NCBI GenBank assembly: GCA_014905635.1 | Contig: JABVCE010000037.1 | Location: 186,001-250,000 of the forward strand | Direction of reading: 5' to 3' | Origin: Scenedesmus sp. PABB004 | Lineage: Eukaryota | Length of the DNA: 64,000 bases | Notes under the pieces: generated by a model | What the model saw: the letters and a program-made list of their open reading frames with translations, nothing else | Database searches by the model: none | What the model was told of the DNA's origin: nothing | In this document: positions 63,048 through 64,000 of the stretch, piece after piece | Layout of the letters: the number at the start of each line of letters is the position of its first letter | Numbering within the stretch: position 1 is the first letter of the stretch | Program-made: the position numbers and the translations under genes

Positions 63048-64000
63048 GAGGGCCCTCCCGCGGCGCCGTGCTCCCCTCAGGCGCGCGGGGCGGGCATGCT
63101 GCTGCTGCTGCGCCCAGAGTCGTGCTCACGCGGCCGTGCGTGTGCCGGGAAATCGCGCGCGCTGCGTGAGGGCGGGGACTGGGACTGTGGCGGGCGGGCC
63201 AAGCGAGCGGCGCGGAGGACGGCAGCGGCCGCGGTTGAGCAGGGCGTGCGGCGGCGACGCGCGGGGCGTCGCGGCGGGCGTCGTCCTGCGTCCTGCCTGG
63301 TTGCAACCGCTCATCCACTCACCGCCCTGCGTGACTGCCAACTCCAAAGCTCTGCGTCTGCCCGGGCGGCCGCGGCGCCGCGCTTCTCAGCGCGACGCCG
63401 GCGGCCGCGACAATGGAAGGCGCCAATCGAGCGCGAGGTGAACGCTCGGTGGTCGTCAGTCAAGTCCTGCTGTCCGTCTGGCGCCAGGGGGCGCCGCACG
63501 ACGGCGGCGCCCGGCGCCCGGCGCGCCCACCACCCCGAGCAAAGGCGAGCAAGAAGCAGCCTGCCGAACATCAATCGCGGGATCGCGCAAAAACCCCGCC
63601 GCCGCAGCGGCAGGGCGCAAGGGGAAAAGGGGAGAGGGGGCGAAAGAGGGAGAGAGAGAGCAGGCCGGGGGCGCTGCCTCGTGTTCAGGGGCAAGGCAAA
63701 CGGCGGGGCGCGGCTCGCGCGCGCGCGCGGGCGGGCGGGCCTGCGGCAGCACTGAGCTGCACGCCGCGGACGCCTCGCCGCCGCGGCCGCGGCATCGTCG
63801 TCGGCAGCCAGGGGCGCTGCGGCGGCGGCGCACGGACAAACGCGCACGAGAACCAAAAAGAGAGAGAACGCAAGGTTCTGGGCGGCGGGGTGGCGGCACG
63901 AGTGCGCCCCGCCCCGCCCTCCCGTCATATAGTGTACAGCGGCGGCGCCCCGCCGCGCGCCCGCGGTGCGCCAATTGCGCCGCGGGCGGCGGCGGGGGCG

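Noticed and set aside
1..64000. Hundreds of long Ala/Arg/Pro/Gly-rich ORFs in all six frames
   Set aside because: Stop codons are rare at this GC content; these ORFs run through introns or antisense to real genes and lack family motifs.
63100..64000. Possible gene at the right edge
   Set aside because: No convincing exon or motif; treated as upstream or intergenic sequence.

Overview
Eukaryotic nuclear DNA, extremely GC-rich (about 75-80% by eye) and intron-dense, most consistent with a chlorophycean green alga (Sphaeropleales-like; inference). Most long ORFs in the track are GC artefacts, so genes were rebuilt by joining exons by eye. Genes found: an AB-hydrolase lipase (runs off the left edge), a coiled-coil protein, an EF-hand protein, a Siva-like zinc-finger protein, a LigB/DODA dioxygenase, a secreted phospholipase A2, plastid TypA/BipA, a large Cys-rich mosaic surface protein inside a lower-GC island, an (ASPAP)n-stalked periplasmic-binding-protein-like secreted protein, two inverted MYND-finger pseudogenes flanking a photolyase-N/AB-hydrolase fusion, a Ysc84/SYLF protein, a cationic amino-acid transporter and an MscS-like channel. 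The top candidate is a ~690-bp TTAA-bounded element (15262-15950). It carries only the C-terminal end of a TnpB/Fanzor-like nuclease (CxxxC...NRDVNAAANI), followed by stem-loops that end at the right boundary, which fits a non-autonomous Fanzor/omegaRNA cassette. Also notable: many GC-AG introns and telomere-like motifs with consistent polarity inside introns. No rRNA, tRNA or CRISPR array was seen. Gene ends are approximate.
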